The notes under the pieces: generated by a model
What the model was told of the DNA's origin: nothing
Seen by the model: the letters and a program-made list of their open reading frames with translations, nothing else
The model's database searches: none
Position numbers and translations under genes: made by a program
Shown here: piece by piece, positions 48,577 to 56,469 of the stretch
Position numbering within the stretch: position 1 is the stretch's first letter
How the letters are laid out: every line of letters starts with the position of its first letter
DNA from: Bacteroidetes bacterium GWB2_32_14
GTDB taxonomy: Bacteria; Bacteroidota; Bacteroidia; Bacteroidales; UBA12077
Direction of reading: 5' to 3'
DNA length: 64,000 nucleotides
Assembly (NCBI GenBank): GCA_001768235.1
Contig: MENK01000035.1
Coordinates: forward strand, 61,755 to 125,754

Positions 48577-49821
48577 TTATTTAACAAGATTTACAGCTAC
48601 ACCTGCACTTACAAGGTGAAATCCCTGAACTACAACTTTGTCTCCGCGAATTAAACCAGCGGTAACCTGAGTTTTATCATCATAGGATAAACCTGTAGTA
48701 ATATATTTTTTTGCAACTATATGCTTATTGTCCTGTGTATTAACTATATATACAAAATTTCCGGTTATATCTTTACGAATTGCCAGCGAAGGAACTACAA
48801 ATGCTTCATTCGATGTAAAATCGTTAATCAGAATTGTTGAAACCATGTTCGGCTTAATCCTGTCGCCGGGGTTATCAATTTCCATTTCAATCTGAAATGT
48901 TCTGCTTTTTGTATTGATTACTTTTGAAACCTGAATAATTGTTGTTTTTACTGTATAATCAGGTAATGAAGAAAAACTAAGTTCTACTTGTTCTCCTTTT
49001 GAAATTTTATCTATATACGATTCAGAAACATGTGCCTTAATTACAATTTTTTTAAGATTTACAAATTCTATAACAGGGAAACCCGGACCTGCAATTTCGC
49101 CTTCTTTAGAATATATTTTATTAACAATACCATCGAAAGGAGCTCTTATTTGAGCCATTCGTTTTTGAGCCTGCAATGATTCCATTTGAGCTTCCAGGTT
49201 TTTCTTGTTGTTTTTTGCCGACAAATAATCTATTTCGGAACCAATATTCTGATTCCAAAGGGTATCAAGCTTATTAAATGTTTTTGTTGCAAAATCAAGG
49301 CTGCTCTTTAATCCTTCAATTTGTTTGTCTATTGCATCGGTATTTAACGAAACCAATAAAAGTCCTTTGGTAACAAAATCGCCTTCTTTAACCAATATTT
49401 TTTCGATACGTCCGCCCATTTCCGGACTAATCATGGCATAATTTTTAGCTTCAACATCGCCATGAGCAATAATATAATGGCTGAAAGTTTCGTTTTGGAT
49501 TTCTTTCACTGCCACGGGTATTAATAATTTTTGATCGCGGGCAGTCATTTGATTTTCCAGAGCCGTAATTTTTTGTTCGATACTCACAATGCGGTTTTTC
49601 TGATTGGTAATTTGTTTTATCAATTTTATATCATTGGGATTGATTGTAGAATCAATTTCTGCAATCCGGCTTTCAATGGTGTTTAACTGAACTTTAATTT
49701 CTGATTGAGCTTTTTGTAATGAATCTCTCTTTGCTGTCAGTTCAGCTAACGTTTCGTTTTTATGTTTTGGGTTGCAAGCCGCTAAGGCTATGATTATTGC
49801 AAATACTATAAGTTTTTTCAT
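48577..49821 (-). CDS. RND efflux periplasmic adaptor (MFP) lipoprotein
   Basis: Lipobox LAAC; ISPEMGGRI..VKEG, IRAPFDG, SRTF, KPNM, VPSLAI. Confidence 0.94.
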   Translation of the reverse strand: MKKLIVFAIIIALAACNPKHKNETLAELTAKRDSLQKAQSEIKVQLNTIESRIAEIDSTINPNDIKLIKQITNQKNRIVSIEQKITALENQMTARDQKLLIPVAVKEIQNETFSHYIIAHGDVEAKNYAMISPEMGGRIEKILVKEGDFVTKGLLLVSLNTDAIDKQIEGLKSSLDFATKTFNKLDTLWNQNIGSEIDYLSAKNNKKNLEAQMESLQAQKRMAQIRAPFDGIVNKIYSKEGEIAGPGFPVIEFVNLKKIVIKAHVSESYIDKISKGEQVELSFSSLPDYTVKTTIIQVSKVINTKSRTFQIEMEIDNPGDRIKPNMVSTILINDFTSNEAFVVPSLAIRKDITGNFVYIVNTQDNKHIVAKKYITTGLSYDDKTQVTAGLIRGDKVVVQGFHLVSAGVAVNLVK

Positions 49822-49824
49822 TTT

Positions 49825-51171
49825 TTATAAATTGTTTAATATTTTTTCTAATTCAATTTTTGCATTTAAAAGGGTAACAACCGACTGAGTATATTCTGAT
49901 ACCGTTGTTAAATAATCTGAATTTGCCTGTGTTAACTCCAGGCTTGATGCAAGGCCTTTTTGATGCTTTATACTTATATTGTTGAGTACTTTTTTAGAAA
50001 TTTGCATATTACCCAGGGCATTTTCGAGAGTTTCCTGACCGGTAATAAACTCGTTTCTTTTTTGTAATAACAATGAATAAAGATTTGATTCTAAAACAGA
50101 TTTTGTATTAGACACTTTTTTCAACTCAAGCTGTGCTTGTTGTAATTTTGATCTTTTTAATCCACTATTAAAAACAGGAATGTTTATCTGGAAACCCAAC
50201 ATAGAAGACTCAAACCATTTTTCTTCACTATCCAGCGGATTAAAATCATTTCTCATCGCGTTTTCCTGAAAATTATAAAAAGCAGATAAAGAAGGAAGAT
50301 ATTCTGATTTATATCTTTTTACATCAAGAGCCATCAAATCTTCCTGTGTTTTAACAATTTGATAATCTGCCTGTTCTTCTACAATAAATTCTTTTTCAAG
50401 TAATTCATTGATGTTAATTTTTAAAAGAATGTCGTTTAAATTATCAGTAAGAACGATGGATTGTTCTTTATTTATACCAAGCTGGATTTTAAACATCATG
50501 TATAAAAAGTCAATCTGACGCTGAAGTGATTTGATCGAATTTTCAAGCGATCCAACAGTAATTTTTAATTTATCAGCTTCAATATCTTCAATAAATCCGG
50601 TTTCTGCCATTGCATTTGATTGTCGGGATATCTCCTGAATGTTTTTAAAATTTTCCTGAAGTATTTGCAGGTTTTCCTGTGCCAACAAAATAGTATAATA
50701 CGTTGAGGCTACCGTTGCCTTTGTTTCAATTTCTGTTTTATTCAGGTTTTTTTCAGAAAAACTACGGTAAATTTTTGCAGCCTGTAATCCTACCAAATAC
50801 GAACCATTAAATATTAATTGAGAAACTGTAAGAGTTCCGTTAAAATTGTGTTTGGTTCCGAACTGGATCTCCGCAAATGTTCCGGGTTCACCGCCAAAAA
50901 ATTCAGCAGGAATTAATTGTGTTGCCAGGCTCAGGTTGTTGTAGTATGATCCTGTTACGTCTATTTGAGGTAATCCTATAGCTGTTGTTTCCCATACTTT
51001 CTTATCAGCAATGATTACATCAATTTTAGCATTTTGTATGTTCGAATTATTTTGAATTGCATATTCCAAAGCCTGATTAACACTAAGGTTTATTGAGCTA
51101 TCTTGTTGCGATATTCCAAAATACGGAATAAATAAGAATAAAAGGGTTTTAATTAAAAATTTGTGTTTCAT
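49825..51171 (-). CDS. TolC family outer membrane efflux protein
   Basis: LSVNQALEYAIQNN, LPQI, QLIFNG, YLPSLSA, NIPVFNSG, GLASSLELTQA. Confidence 0.93.
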   Translation of the reverse strand: MKHKFLIKTLLFLFIPYFGISQQDSSINLSVNQALEYAIQNNSNIQNAKIDVIIADKKVWETTAIGLPQIDVTGSYYNNLSLATQLIPAEFFGGEPGTFAEIQFGTKHNFNGTLTVSQLIFNGSYLVGLQAAKIYRSFSEKNLNKTEIETKATVASTYYTILLAQENLQILQENFKNIQEISRQSNAMAETGFIEDIEADKLKITVGSLENSIKSLQRQIDFLYMMFKIQLGINKEQSIVLTDNLNDILLKININELLEKEFIVEEQADYQIVKTQEDLMALDVKRYKSEYLPSLSAFYNFQENAMRNDFNPLDSEEKWFESSMLGFQINIPVFNSGLKRSKLQQAQLELKKVSNTKSVLESNLYSLLLQKRNEFITGQETLENALGNMQISKKVLNNISIKHQKGLASSLELTQANSDYLTTVSEYTQSVVTLLNAKIELEKILNNL

Positions 51172-51192
51172 TCGGTTTTATTTTATGGTTGA

Positions 51193-51819
51193 TTATAGAT
51201 AATTATTGAAATTTATTTTTTGTAATGTTTTTTCCAGTATTTCAAGTCCTTTAGCATTTGCAATTCCATGAATATGATAAATAAAAAGCTCATGTATAAA
51301 TTCTGATCGCTGAATATCGTTTTGGGAAAAAATTTCGTCTTCATGCATATTCATAAAACGGCTCACCTGTAAGCGGGCAATTATTTCTTCTTTCAGCTCT
51401 GCTCTGTACAATCCTTCTTCTTTGCCTTTTTTGATATTTTCGAGAATGGATTGATGCATTCTCTCTTTTCGTAGAGTATGTATTTTTGCATACAGTTCGG
51501 GATAGTATTTTTTTAAATCATATTCTGTTGCCGGGTTATAATCTTTCATTGTTTTAATGATATGCATATTTACTTCGAGCAACTTTTCGATAGCATTCAT
51601 TTCCTTTTTGTCAATATTATTAAAGTCGCATTCTTTCTGATTTGTGACATAATCAACAACCTTTTCGACAAGGTCGTTTTTATTTTCAACGTACAGGTAG
51701 AGCGTTTTTTTTGATATTCCCAGTTCCCGGGCAATATCATCCATGGTAATACTCTTTATGCCATATTTCATGTAAAGAGCAGTAACCTTTTCTAATATAT
51801 TTTGTAATTCTGAATTCAT
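51193..51819 (-). CDS. TetR/AcrR family transcriptional regulator
   Basis: YGIKSITMDDIARELGISKKTLY HTH. The likely start is MNSEL at 51819, because TATATTTG (-7 element) lies at 51824-51831. Confidence 0.94.
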   Translation of the reverse strand: MNSELQNILEKVTALYMKYGIKSITMDDIARELGISKKTLYLYVENKNDLVEKVVDYVTNQKECDFNNIDKKEMNAIEKLLEVNMHIIKTMKDYNPATEYDLKKYYPELYAKIHTLRKERMHQSILENIKKGKEEGLYRAELKEEIIARLQVSRFMNMHEDEIFSQNDIQRSEFIHELFIYHIHGIANAKGLEILEKTLQKINFNNYL

Positions 51820-51847
51820 GGTGCAAATATAAAGCAAAAACTATTTC

Positions 51848-51875
51848 GGAAACAAAAAAAGTATTTAAAGTTTCC
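51848..51875. promoter_or_regulatory. Candidate TetR operator overlapping the efflux operon promoter
   Basis: GGAAAC-N16-GTTTCC inverted repeat just upstream of the -7 element. Confidence 0.5.
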
Positions 51876-52038
51876 AGAGTTTTTTCTAAACAAATTTCAA
51901 AATAGTTTTGTTCGATTGAATTTTTAATTCATTAAGTTTTTGTTAATTTTTTTGAAACAAAGAATCGCCCATCACAAAATCTGTGCAAAACAGTTCTTGT
52001 GAACATGTAAAATTTAGGGATGAATGAGAGGAAAGGTG

Positions 52039-52073
52039 CAGGAGTCAGGATACAGGATTCAGTTGGCAGGGAG
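52039..52073 (+). repeat. Degenerate CAG-anchored heptamer array (5 units)
   Basis: CAGGAGT CAGGATA CAGGATT CAGTTGG CAGGGAG. Confidence 0.8.
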
Positions 52074-52145
52074 AGTCCACAGTTTAAAAAGCGTTTCTAT
52101 GGATTTTTTTTATCACTATGAAATTAAGATAAAAGTAAAAAGGGG

Positions 52146-52201
52146 CAGTTGGCAGTAAGCAAAAGGCAAGTTACGAGATACAGGGTACAGTTAGCAGTTT
52201 G
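52146..52201 (+). repeat. Degenerate CAG-anchored heptamer array (8 units)
   Basis: CAGTTGG CAGTAAG CAAAAGG CAAGTTA CGAGATA CAGGGTA CAGTTAG CAGTTTG. Confidence 0.85.
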
Positions 52202-52211
52202 CGGGAAAAAG

Positions 52212-52298
52212 ACCACGGACAATAGAACATAGACCACCGTCCATAACTAAAAGAATTCAACTATGGCCTGAGGGCTATCAACTATTGACTAATAACTA
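52212..52298. repeat. Inverted pair of ATAG/CTAT heptamer arrays (12 x 7 nt)
   Basis: ACCACGG ACAATAG AACATAG ACCACCG TCCATAA | CTAAAAG AATTCAA | CTATGGC CTGAGGG CTATCAA CTATTGA CTAATAA, then CTA (the stop of the Wzi-like gene). Confidence 0.8.
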
Positions 52299-53903
52299 AA
52301 ACCCGATATTCGCTCCCAGGGAAATGGTATTTCGTGTTCCGTAGTAGTATGCCGGAGTGTATTTGATATTATCGCCTGTAATTTCGCTGTGTTGATACTT
52401 AACAAAAATATAACCATCGTTAATAACCTGGTAAGAAGCTCTAAGCGAGACCGTTTTATTTTCCCATTCCACGTTATCCATAAACGGATTCCCAAGCCGT
52501 GAACCTCCCAGGTCATCATAATCTTTGCCTTTTTGAGCAAACAAGTAATCGGCTTTAAGAATTAATGTTCTGAATGGTTTCACGATAACTGAAAAGTAGA
52601 ATTCATGTGAATTATCCATGAGATAATGACCCAGGTTATAGCCATTACTTTCGAATGTAGTGGTTGGAATATTGTGTTTGTAAGTGAGGGGCATCGACCG
52701 GGTGTATTCGGCTGTAATAAAGGTGTTTGTAATAAAATCGGAGATTCGTGTGCCGGCTTTAAAACTCCAGAAATTCCACATCGTATCGTTAAAAAACCTG
52801 TCTGTTGACAGCTCGTCAATAAATAAAGTGACCGAAAGATGTACTTTCTTTATATTTCGAGAGCTGATATCAATAAACATCTGAGAGTTCTGGCCTACAT
52901 TTCTCCCGGACTGATCGGTAGCATTGTAGGTATGGTCAACTGATTTGTAGAACATTACGGGAATAAGATACTGCAATTGCGGGCCATCGGAGCTGTAAAT
53001 AATTGAATTCCCCAGAGAAACATAAAAATTGTTCCAGGGTTTAAATGTGAATAGGTTGGCTGCCAGGTATTTATCGAACATTACATCGCGGGTATCGGTA
53101 CCGTAAGCATTGGTGAAAGTCATTGATGATGCACTATCGACAACTTCGGAAACAAGCCATCCGTGAACCCAGTTAAACTCGAACCATTTCGCGGGTTTGA
53201 GCTGTAGTTTAATGTGAGCAAACGAAGGTGTGTGGCCACTGAAAATGTTAGCCCCGTTGTAGTTGTTGCCCCACTCGAAATGATCTTTAACAATACCGAG
53301 ACTACCCCAGTTCCACGAATAGGTTAAGCCACCACGCATCTCGCTATAATCGCCACCATCGTCGGTATATTTGTAATTGGCCCCTGTTCGCTGAGTCAGG
53401 AAATCTTCTTTTTCAAGTATTGTACTTTCGTGGTTATCGCGCAGGCTTGCATAAAACCCCCAGTGATTTCCTACATAGGCAAATGCCTCGGCTCCATTCC
53501 ACCGATGATAAAAACTCCCGCTATCATTCATAAAATATTCAATTCCCAGTATGGGATTTACAGAAAACGTAAACAGCGAATCCTTGTAAGTGTATAAATC
53601 CAAGCGTTTATCAAAGTTTTTATCTTTTCGAAGTTCTTTATTAAAATCTTTGAAATAAAAATCGAGCTCTGCCTGCTGACGCGAGTTTAAAGAATAACTG
53701 CTTTCTTTAACCTCCGTGAGTTTTTCTGCTATAAACATTCTGGAAAAAGGCTTAACTGTAGTATGTATATCAATAACTTTTAAATTGGCAAACTCATCCA
53801 GAAAGTCGTAAACATCTTTGTTTGAAGTATGATAATAAACATTTTGTGCATACAATGAAATTGAAAAGAAAAGTATTGTAATTAGAAAGAATAGTTTTTT
53901 CAT
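52296..53903 (-). CDS. Capsule assembly Wzi-like outer membrane beta-barrel protein
   Basis: Signal peptide; N-terminal VYDFLDE..KPFSR helical segment; amphipathic strands; terminal Phe (GANIGF); at the end of a polysaccharide locus. Confidence 0.65.
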   Translation of the reverse strand: MKKLFFLITILFFSISLYAQNVYYHTSNKDVYDFLDEFANLKVIDIHTTVKPFSRMFIAEKLTEVKESSYSLNSRQQAELDFYFKDFNKELRKDKNFDKRLDLYTYKDSLFTFSVNPILGIEYFMNDSGSFYHRWNGAEAFAYVGNHWGFYASLRDNHESTILEKEDFLTQRTGANYKYTDDGGDYSEMRGGLTYSWNWGSLGIVKDHFEWGNNYNGANIFSGHTPSFAHIKLQLKPAKWFEFNWVHGWLVSEVVDSASSMTFTNAYGTDTRDVMFDKYLAANLFTFKPWNNFYVSLGNSIIYSSDGPQLQYLIPVMFYKSVDHTYNATDQSGRNVGQNSQMFIDISSRNIKKVHLSVTLFIDELSTDRFFNDTMWNFWSFKAGTRISDFITNTFITAEYTRSMPLTYKHNIPTTTFESNGYNLGHYLMDNSHEFYFSVIVKPFRTLILKADYLFAQKGKDYDDLGGSRLGNPFMDNVEWENKTVSLRASYQVINDGYIFVKYQHSEITGDNIKYTPAYYYGTRNTISLGANIGF

Positions 53904-53919
53904 TTTTAAATGTGAAAAG

Positions 53920-53940
53920 TTTATAGTCGATAGTCCATAG
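53920..53940 (+). repeat. Heptamer array downstream of the four-helix-bundle gene
   Basis: TTTATAG TCGATAG TCCATAG. Confidence 0.75.
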
Positions 53941-53963
53941 TTTTAGTTCGTTGCAAATGAATT

Positions 53964-54317
53964 CTATTTAATCGAATTTCTCAAAGATTGTATCATTTTT
54001 ATAATTTCTTCTGCTTTAGAATAATTATCCTGAAAAATATCCTGATTAATAAAACATGTTTTTTTAGCAATATGAAGACAAGCTACAACCTCAATTGCAG
54101 ATCTCAGAGCATAAGAAAGAAATTTTTTAAACTCTGGATTTGTTTGACCAGTTGAACCTTCTGCAATATTAAGAACAATAGAATCTGCCGCTCTTTTCAT
54201 CTGAGATGTTAGAACATAAATTTCGTCTTTGGGAAATGATTTTACTAATTTGTTAATATCATCATCAAAGGCGAGAGCTTTTTGCCATACAATTAAATTT
54301 TCAAACTTGAATGCCAT
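53964..54317 (-). CDS. Four helix bundle protein (23S rRNA IVS protein / Avd-like family)
   Basis: FENLIVWQKA...FPKDEIYVLTSQMKRAADSIVLNIAEGS...FKKFLSYALRSAIEV, the signature of this family. Confidence 0.93.
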   Translation of the reverse strand: MAFKFENLIVWQKALAFDDDINKLVKSFPKDEIYVLTSQMKRAADSIVLNIAEGSTGQTNPEFKKFLSYALRSAIEVVACLHIAKKTCFINQDIFQDNYSKAEEIIKMIQSLRNSIK

Positions 54318-54326
54318 ATAAATTTA

Positions 54327-54357
54327 CTATTGTCTATCGATTGTGGACTATTGCCTA
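54327..54357 (+). repeat. Heptamer array upstream of the four-helix-bundle gene
   Basis: CTATTGT CTATCGA TTGTGGA CTATTGC, then CTA (the stop of the sugar transferase). Confidence 0.75.
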
Positions 54358-55893
54358 GCTACTGCGTGCACTTTTAAACAGTATATTCCACAGGGCTTTC
54401 CAGAAATATTTCCAGTCGGTAAGGAGAGGGTGTTTTTCGTAGGCGTTTAGGTATTTCATTTCTGAAGCTTCAATTTCTTCAAGTGTTTTAGGCATATCTA
54501 CATAAAAAGGAGGAATTAACCCGGGTTTGGTTTTTATTCGTTTTTCCTGTAACTCTTTTGAGTATAAACTGAAATAATGTTCACTTAACGGACGGACGCC
54601 AAAAAGCTTCATCTCGCCTTTAAAAAAATTTATAAACATGGGTAGTTCGTCGAACCAGAATTTTCGAAATATCTTACCTAAAGTAGTTACCCGAAAATCA
54701 TCTTTGAATTTACCCCCTTCCTGTAAGTCAGATTTCTCATAAACATATTCCTGTAAATATTCGGCAAAAGGGTGCATGGTGCGGAACTTATACACGTGAA
54801 TTATTTTACCATTTTTACCTATTCTGCGAAGTTTTATTAATGGCCCATAGGTAGGATGCTGGTCGTAAAAAGGTTTTCTTGTTTTGCGGGCAATATAATA
54901 CAGTAACCCCCGGATATTTTTTTCAGAAACAACTTCAAAGCCACACGAATATAACCTGCCCAGAACTTCTGCTTTTGATAATACCCGGTTATTGCCCCGT
55001 GTAAGAAAAAAATATACCCCCTTCGTAAGGTTGAATTTTGGAAATACCCTCTTGATAATAAAATCGAAGAAATAGTAAATACTGTTCAGCACGGGGGGAT
55101 ATTTACTGAAAATTCTCTTTTTACGCTGGTTTTTTGATTCAAAACAACCTATAAATATTCCCTGTTCGGGGAGTTTACGATTTACCGACTCGAAAAATTT
55201 GTTAATGTACCGCATATCGTTGATGCGGCGGAGATTCACGATTTTATGATAAACCTTCTCGGGGAGCTTATCAACATTAAAACGGGTTGTGGTAGAAAGT
55301 AACGAATAATCGGGTATGTTAAGGTCTATATGTTCTGATATAAAGGTAAATACATCAATGTTAGATTCTTCAATAATTGCATCACGAATATTTTCGGGGG
55401 CTTTTTCAAAATTTACATCCGCAGGAAGAGGCTCTGCAACAGGTACTTCGGTATATCTCCCGACAGTACGTTGATACACTTCGAAAACCTTTGATGTATC
55501 AGGCCCGGGTTTCGCACTGCATATAAAATAATCACAAAAAGAAAAAAAGAGTTCAAAAACGGTACCCAGGGATATAGTCCCTAAAACAACGATACGTGAA
55601 TAAAACAGGGAGCGAAACGAAAACATGATAATTGCTATAAGGCCTGTTATAATAAAGTTTGTAAGAATAATGTGCCATGCAGCACGGGATATGCTGTATC
55701 TTTCCGGGGCAGAGTATTTACGTGAAATTAAAGATATAAGTATCCATATTGCCAGAAAAAACAGGAAGGGATAAATATAGGCAGGCAAATAAACCCGTTT
55801 TGTTGCCGGTTTTATCCAGATCATGATTAAAAACGCCATGGTTAAGGCAGCAATATCAACAATAGTATTTATAAATACCGAGCGGCGGTTCAT
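54355..55893 (-). CDS. Bacterial sugar transferase (initiating polyprenyl phosphoglycosyl transferase family) with N-terminal TM region
   Basis: RIGKNGKIIHVYKFRTM, DDFRVTTLGKIFRKFWFDELP, GEMKLFGVRP, KPGL. Confidence 0.88.
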   Translation of the reverse strand: MNRRSVFINTIVDIAALTMAFLIMIWIKPATKRVYLPAYIYPFLFFLAIWILISLISRKYSAPERYSISRAAWHIILTNFIITGLIAIIMFSFRSLFYSRIVVLGTISLGTVFELFFSFCDYFICSAKPGPDTSKVFEVYQRTVGRYTEVPVAEPLPADVNFEKAPENIRDAIIEESNIDVFTFISEHIDLNIPDYSLLSTTTRFNVDKLPEKVYHKIVNLRRINDMRYINKFFESVNRKLPEQGIFIGCFESKNQRKKRIFSKYPPVLNSIYYFFDFIIKRVFPKFNLTKGVYFFLTRGNNRVLSKAEVLGRLYSCGFEVVSEKNIRGLLYYIARKTRKPFYDQHPTYGPLIKLRRIGKNGKIIHVYKFRTMHPFAEYLQEYVYEKSDLQEGGKFKDDFRVTTLGKIFRKFWFDELPMFINFFKGEMKLFGVRPLSEHYFSLYSKELQEKRIKTKPGLIPPFYVDMPKTLEEIEASEMKYLNAYEKHPLLTDWKYFWKALWNILFKSARSS

Positions 55894-56190
55894 TCTTATG
55901 TATTTAAATATTAAAGGTAGTAATTTATTTTGATAGTGTTTGTAAGAAAGCGATGAGCTGCGAGCCTGTCCTCCTTAGGCGGATTAATCGGCAGACAGCC
56001 TAAATCCCGTGAATATATTTATTCGTTCACAGTAAAGCTAAGAGCCTAGAGCATTTAATGTGTTAATTTTAAAATTTGCTAATATACTAATTGGTAAAAT
56101 TGTTAAAATGTTATAATACGAATCACTGTAGTCCGATAAAAAATATAGATATATAATGATATCTTGAAACAATAAGACATCCATGTTTCT

Positions 56191-56332
56191 TTCGCCCTTA
56201 CAGGGCTTTCCTTTTTGGTTGGTATTGTTTTACCATACTTTTGTTCCTTTGGAACTCAATAAAAGCCCCATCGGGGTAAAAGTACGGTAATAATCAGCAA
56301 CTTACAAAAATTAAAAGTGCTGTAAGCACGAC
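56191..56332. repeat. REP/BIME-like cluster of four short hairpins in mirror arrangement
   Basis: GCCC-TTACA-GGGC (56194), GTTCC-TTT-GGAAC (56243), GCCCC-ATC-GGGGT (56265), GTGC-TGTAA-GCAC (56317); flanks TACCATACTTTT and AAAAGTACGGTA are complementary. Confidence 0.7.
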
Positions 56333-56409
56333 AGTAAATACTTGTTAAAAGTCTTACCGGACAATAGCGATTACTAATTATTCATTGTTTCCAGCTACCT
56401 TTTTTTAAT

Positions 56410-56444
56410 CTTTTATCTTTTGCCTTTTCTCTTGTATCTTTTTA
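56410..56444 (+). repeat. Degenerate heptamer array (5 units) downstream of wecB
   Basis: CTTTTAT CTTTTGC CTTTTCT CTTGTAT CTTTTTA. Confidence 0.75.
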
Positions 56445-56469
56445 CTACAACTAAGGGTGCGAAGTTTCA

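Noticed and set aside
52039-52298. CRISPR array
   Set aside because: Units are contiguous degenerate 7-mers, with no 25-45-nt identical repeats, no unique spacers and no cas genes.
53964-54317. Diversity-generating retroelement (Avd-like protein present)
   Set aside because: No reverse transcriptase ORF and no template/variable repeat pair differing at adenines was seen in the window.
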